From a virus: a stretch of 61,189 nt of DNA. Position 1 is the first letter of the stretch, and each line of letters begins with the position of its first letter. Location: IMG/VR virus record IMGVR_UViG_3300045454_000015, positions 1-61,189 of that record. One strand, 5' to 3'. The notes below the pieces were generated by a model. The model was not told where the DNA came from. It did not search any database and was given only the letters and a program-made list of their open reading frames with translations. The position numbers were made by a program, and so were the translations under genes. Positions 58,695-61,189 of this stretch are shown piece after piece.

Positions 58695-59012
58695 ATGAGC
58701 ACCACCTACGTCATCCACTGCGAGCCCGGCTACTTCGAGGGCGACATCCACGGCCGTGACAAGCCCTACATCCTGCTCAGCGAGCGCGACGGGCGAGCCA
58801 TCGCCCTGGCCTCCAGCGACGAGGCCGAGCGCATCGCTGCGATGATGGAGCCCTCGGGCGGCGTGCAGCTCGACGACAACCAGCACTCCCTGCCGACCTA
58901 CAGCGTCCAGGCCGCCCCTGCCGGCACGGCGCCGATGACGATGCGCGAGGCCATGCGGGCGCTCGACCTGCACCACGACTACCGCGAAGACGGCTCCCGC
59001 ATCACGGCATGA
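58695..59012 (+). CDS. Cassette gene B, unknown, 105 aa
   Basis: Track ORF with SD aaaggac. Confidence 0.55.
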   Translation: MSTTYVIHCEPGYFEGDIHGRDKPYILLSERDGRAIALASSDEAERIAAMMEPSGGVQLDDNQHSLPTYSVQAAPAGTAPMTMREAMRALDLHHDYREDGSRITA

Positions 59013-59257
59013 CCAGCAAGCACTACAGGTGGCAGCAGCGCTGGCGGCGCGAGCCTTCGGGCCATCTGCTGCATGACAGCGGCCTGCGCGTGCTCGTGAC
59101 GCGAGGGCCGGACTACACCGACCTGCAGGCCTCGCCCGACACGCTGGAAGCCTGGCAGGCCTTCGAGGCTGCGCGCGGCGTGCCGATGCACGACATGCTG
59201 GCGAGGCTGCAGCGCCTGATCCGGGAGGCCGAGCAATGGCACAGACTGAATGCGTGA
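59009..59257 (+). CDS. Cassette gene C, unknown, 82 aa
   Basis: Track ORF with ATGA overlap with gene B. Confidence 0.55.
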   Translation: MTSKHYRWQQRWRREPSGHLLHDSGLRVLVTRGPDYTDLQASPDTLEAWQAFEAARGVPMHDMLARLQRLIREAEQWHRLNA

Positions 59258-59472
59258 TCTATTCCATCGCGCCACCGCTGCCCGAGGACATCGTGACTGC
59301 CCGGCTCATGGCTGGGCACACCCAGTCCCAGGCTGCTGCATGCGTCCACCGCCCAGGCTACCGCTCGTGGCAGAACTGGGAGCGCGGCACCGCCCAGATG
59401 CCCGCCGACACGTGGGAGCTGTACCTGCTCAAGACAGGGCAGCACCCCGTGCACACGCTCCGAAAACGATAG
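59236..59472 (+). CDS. Cassette gene D, XRE-type HTH regulator, 78 aa
   Basis: EDIVTARLMAGHTQSQAAACVHRPGYRSWQNWERGTAQMP is an XRE HTH pattern. Last gene of the cassette. Confidence 0.65.
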   Translation: MAQTECVIYSIAPPLPEDIVTARLMAGHTQSQAAACVHRPGYRSWQNWERGTAQMPADTWELYLLKTGQHPVHTLRKR

Positions 59473-59495
59473 CCGCCCGCGACCCGGAGTCAACG
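59466..59495 (-). promoter_or_regulatory. Late-promoter-like motif, copy 7 (CGTTGACTCCGG-...-TATCGT)
   Basis: The TGA inside TTGACT is the stop codon of the 75-aa gene. The -10 overlaps the stop of cassette gene D. It fires antisense into the cassette. Confidence 0.5.
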
Positions 59496-59717
59496 GGACG
59501 CCAGGATCTCCACGGCCCTTTGCCGGGCCTCGATGGTCTTGGTGTCGGCCTGCTGCCAGCGCTTGCAGGAGTGGCCGAAGGCGTGGAAGGTGGCCCGGTA
59601 GGCGCTGCCTGTGCAGTTGATGAGCCCGAGCCTGGCCATCTCGACCAGGATCTCGTTGCGCTTGGCGTCCCGGCGGTCACGCATGGCGGCGTGGGTGCAG
59701 GTCAGGCAGGTGGTCAT
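59490..59717 (-). CDS. Small Cys/His protein in the Q (late regulator) position, 75 aa
   Basis: MTTCLTCTHAAM...INCTG...HSCKRW. Last gene of the early-right operon, directly followed by a late-promoter motif. Confidence 0.5.
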   Translation of the reverse strand: MTTCLTCTHAAMRDRRDAKRNEILVEMARLGLINCTGSAYRATFHAFGHSCKRWQQADTKTIEARQRAVEILASR

Positions 59718-60124
59718 GTGTCCTTGCGATCCAGGAAACGCCGGATGCGCTCAACCAGTTCATCGCGGTTGTCTCCGGCGATGCCGAAGGCGCCCATGGA
59801 ACGCATGAAGCGCGCGGCCCATTCCAGCAGTTCTTTCGCTTCCTGCAGGTCCCTCCGAAGCAGCTTCTCTTCGGCGGTCACCACCCCCTGAGCCGGCTCG
59901 GCGTCCTGCGTTGGCTCCGAGGTGGCCTCCTTGATGGCCTGCTGGATCTGGAGGACGGCGCGGATTTCGTAGGCGGCAAACTCCCAGCGACAGCCTCTGA
60001 CCTGCAACCCTTCGACAAATCCGCGCAGGCCATTGAAGACCTCTTGGGTCACGCGCTCATCCGGGGCCTGCCCCCGCATCCTGCACAGCGCCCTGGCGGC
60101 GCGCTCGATCTGGTCTTCGGTCAT
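59714..60124 (-). CDS. Hypothetical protein, 136 aa
   Basis: Track ORF with an ATGA overlap downstream. Confidence 0.5.
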   Translation of the reverse strand: MTEDQIERAARALCRMRGQAPDERVTQEVFNGLRGFVEGLQVRGCRWEFAAYEIRAVLQIQQAIKEATSEPTQDAEPAQGVVTAEEKLLRRDLQEAKELLEWAARFMRSMGAFGIAGDNRDELVERIRRFLDRKDT

Positions 60125-60136
60125 CGTCGGGTCCTC

Positions 60137-60637
60137 TCAGAAGGGGTTGTTCACGTAGTCGGGCACCGGCACGCCCTTGGGCCACAGCCGGCGCTCCAGC
60201 AGTTCCTGCACGGTGTCCTGGTGGGCTTTCCACCACATCGCCTTGCGCTCGTGCTCGGTCAGCCGGGAGCCTTGGTCCAGGTCGCCGTGGCAGGTCGAGC
60301 ACAGGCTCGCGCAGCGGTTGTCGTCGGCCTTGATGCTCTTGCCTTTGCCGTGCACGGCCCAGTTGGAGTGCGCACCGCAGACCGTGCCGTCGTCCTTCCC
60401 GCAGTTCTGGCAGGGGATCAGGCGGTAGGCCTTCATGAGGTCTGCGCTGCGCACGTAGGCGCGCTTCTCGATCCTGGGTGACTGGCCCAGCCGGAACGGC
60501 GCGGCCTGGCGCTGCAGCTTCGGAGCCGGCCGGCGCTCGGACTTCAGCAGTTCGGCGGCCTCCAGGGCCTGCACCACTTCCCGGCGCTCGCAGCCGAGGG
60601 CGCGGGCCAGGGCGCGGATCTCGCGGTCGGGGGTCAT
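60137..60637 (-). CDS. YbcO/DUF1364-like putative nuclease, 166 aa
   Basis: IPCQNCGKDDGTVCGAHSNW...KADDNRCASLCSTCHGDLDQG follows the DUF1364 Cys/His pattern from the nin regions of lambdoid phages. Confidence 0.55.
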   Translation of the reverse strand: MTPDREIRALARALGCERREVVQALEAAELLKSERRPAPKLQRQAAPFRLGQSPRIEKRAYVRSADLMKAYRLIPCQNCGKDDGTVCGAHSNWAVHGKGKSIKADDNRCASLCSTCHGDLDQGSRLTEHERKAMWWKAHQDTVQELLERRLWPKGVPVPDYVNNPF

Positions 60638-61071
60638 GCTGCACCTACCGTTGATCGTTTCGCGGGCGACTTGGGGGGATGAGGCTTCTTGATCTTCCGT
60701 CGCTTGCTCAGACACACCCAGCACATGTCATCGTCGTCGGTGCCGAGCCACCTGAAAATGGACCGTCTGTGCTCGTAGTTGCCACAATCGCAGCGCACCA
60801 CCCACTTTGCACCCTGCTTGCCGCCCCCCTGGTTCGCTGCGTAGCCGATGATCGTCATTCGGCCTCGCCGACGCCCGGGAAGTTCGGCCAGCTCCGGCTT
60901 GTTCCTCAGCGCTTCCTGGGGAATCTTCCGTGTTGCCAGGGCCTCAGAGGAGAACACACGGTTGTCCTTGCGGATGTTTGGCGCCCACAAGTCCTCGGGC
61001 TTGGCCTTCTTGACCACCCTCATCGCCACCCGGTCGATGGGAATGTGGTTCACAAGCAACTTCTCGATCAT
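60634..61071 (-). CDS. Hypothetical Zn-ribbon-like protein, 145 aa
   Basis: Start MIEKLLVNH lies at the repeat boundary. WVVRCDCGNYEHRR...CWVC. Confidence 0.5.
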   Translation of the reverse strand: MIEKLLVNHIPIDRVAMRVVKKAKPEDLWAPNIRKDNRVFSSEALATRKIPQEALRNKPELAELPGRRRGRMTIIGYAANQGGGKQGAKWVVRCDCGNYEHRRSIFRWLGTDDDDMCWVCLSKRRKIKKPHPPKSPAKRSTVGAA

Positions 61072-61189
61072 GCTGCAAGCTCCAGCGCCATCTGGCGCGG
61101 ATCGGTTTCGGGTTGCGCGCTGCGGATGCGCACGGCCTTGCGCCTGGGCTGGATCAGGCCGGCCAGGCGGGCGCACTTCGGTCCCCAGT
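61063..61189. repeat. Terminal direct repeat, identical to 1..127
   Basis: See the first feature. Confidence 0.9.

Noticed and set aside
23309-59495. The recurring 12-mer as a CRISPR array or other tandem repeat.
   Set aside because: The copies are kilobases apart, always at gene boundaries and on one strand. No regular spacer structure and no cas genes are present.

Overview
The window is a complete, circularly closed genome of a GC-rich temperate phage. Nt 1-127 are identical to nt 61063-61189, so the unique length is 61,062 bp, and genes run straight through the junction.

Layout:
- Lambda-like immunity switch (8.06-8.86 kb): divergent Cro-like and CI-like genes around three copies of the palindrome AAGCG-N3-CGCTT. 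Two more copies overlap a consensus promoter at 9.75-9.79 kb (OL/PL-like).
- Rightward early operon (minus strand, 8320 down to 6, then across the junction 61071 down to 59490). It encodes a cII-position regulator, small unknown proteins, DUF1376/O-like and P-like replication proteins, NinB, a YbcO-like nuclease, and a DNA methyltransferase gene invaded by two homing-endonuclease-type elements.
- Moron (8997-9661) encoding two secreted proteins, sitting in the rexAB position.
- Leftward early operon (plus strand, 9826-20859): ERF annealase, YqaJ exonuclease, a second HNH, DUF2303, gp49-like, a bona fide acyl carrier protein, ASCH, many small ORFs, Xis and a tyrosine integrase.
- attP: the 3' part of a tRNA-Val(CAC) sits directly after int.
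- Late genes (minus strand, 58106 down to 21017): TerS, TerL, portal, scaffold, major capsid, tail and host-specificity proteins, GNAT, internal virion proteins, a 3,643-aa polyvalent virion protein, tail fibre, tailspike, and a lysis cassette with embedded spanins.

No tail tube, sheath or tape-measure genes were recognised. Together with the giant virion protein this suggests a podovirus of the Bcep22-like kind, which is an inference.

Most notable observations:
- A strongly coding +1-frame ORF with its own SD embedded in the giant gene.
- The methyltransferase split by an HNH gene and also carrying an in-frame LAGLIDADG domain.
- A reverse-oriented four-gene cassette (strong operator-bearing promoter, three small unknown ORFs, terminal HTH) resembling an anti-defence (acr-aca) or immI-like locus.
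- A seven-member late-promoter-like motif family, CGTTGAC(T/C)CCGG.
- An orphan phage ACP.
- A C9 plus (CCG)n slippery tract at the 5' end of the tailspike gene.

All calls come from reading the sequence and the ORF track; no database search was run. Coordinates of non-ORF features may be off by 1-2 nt.
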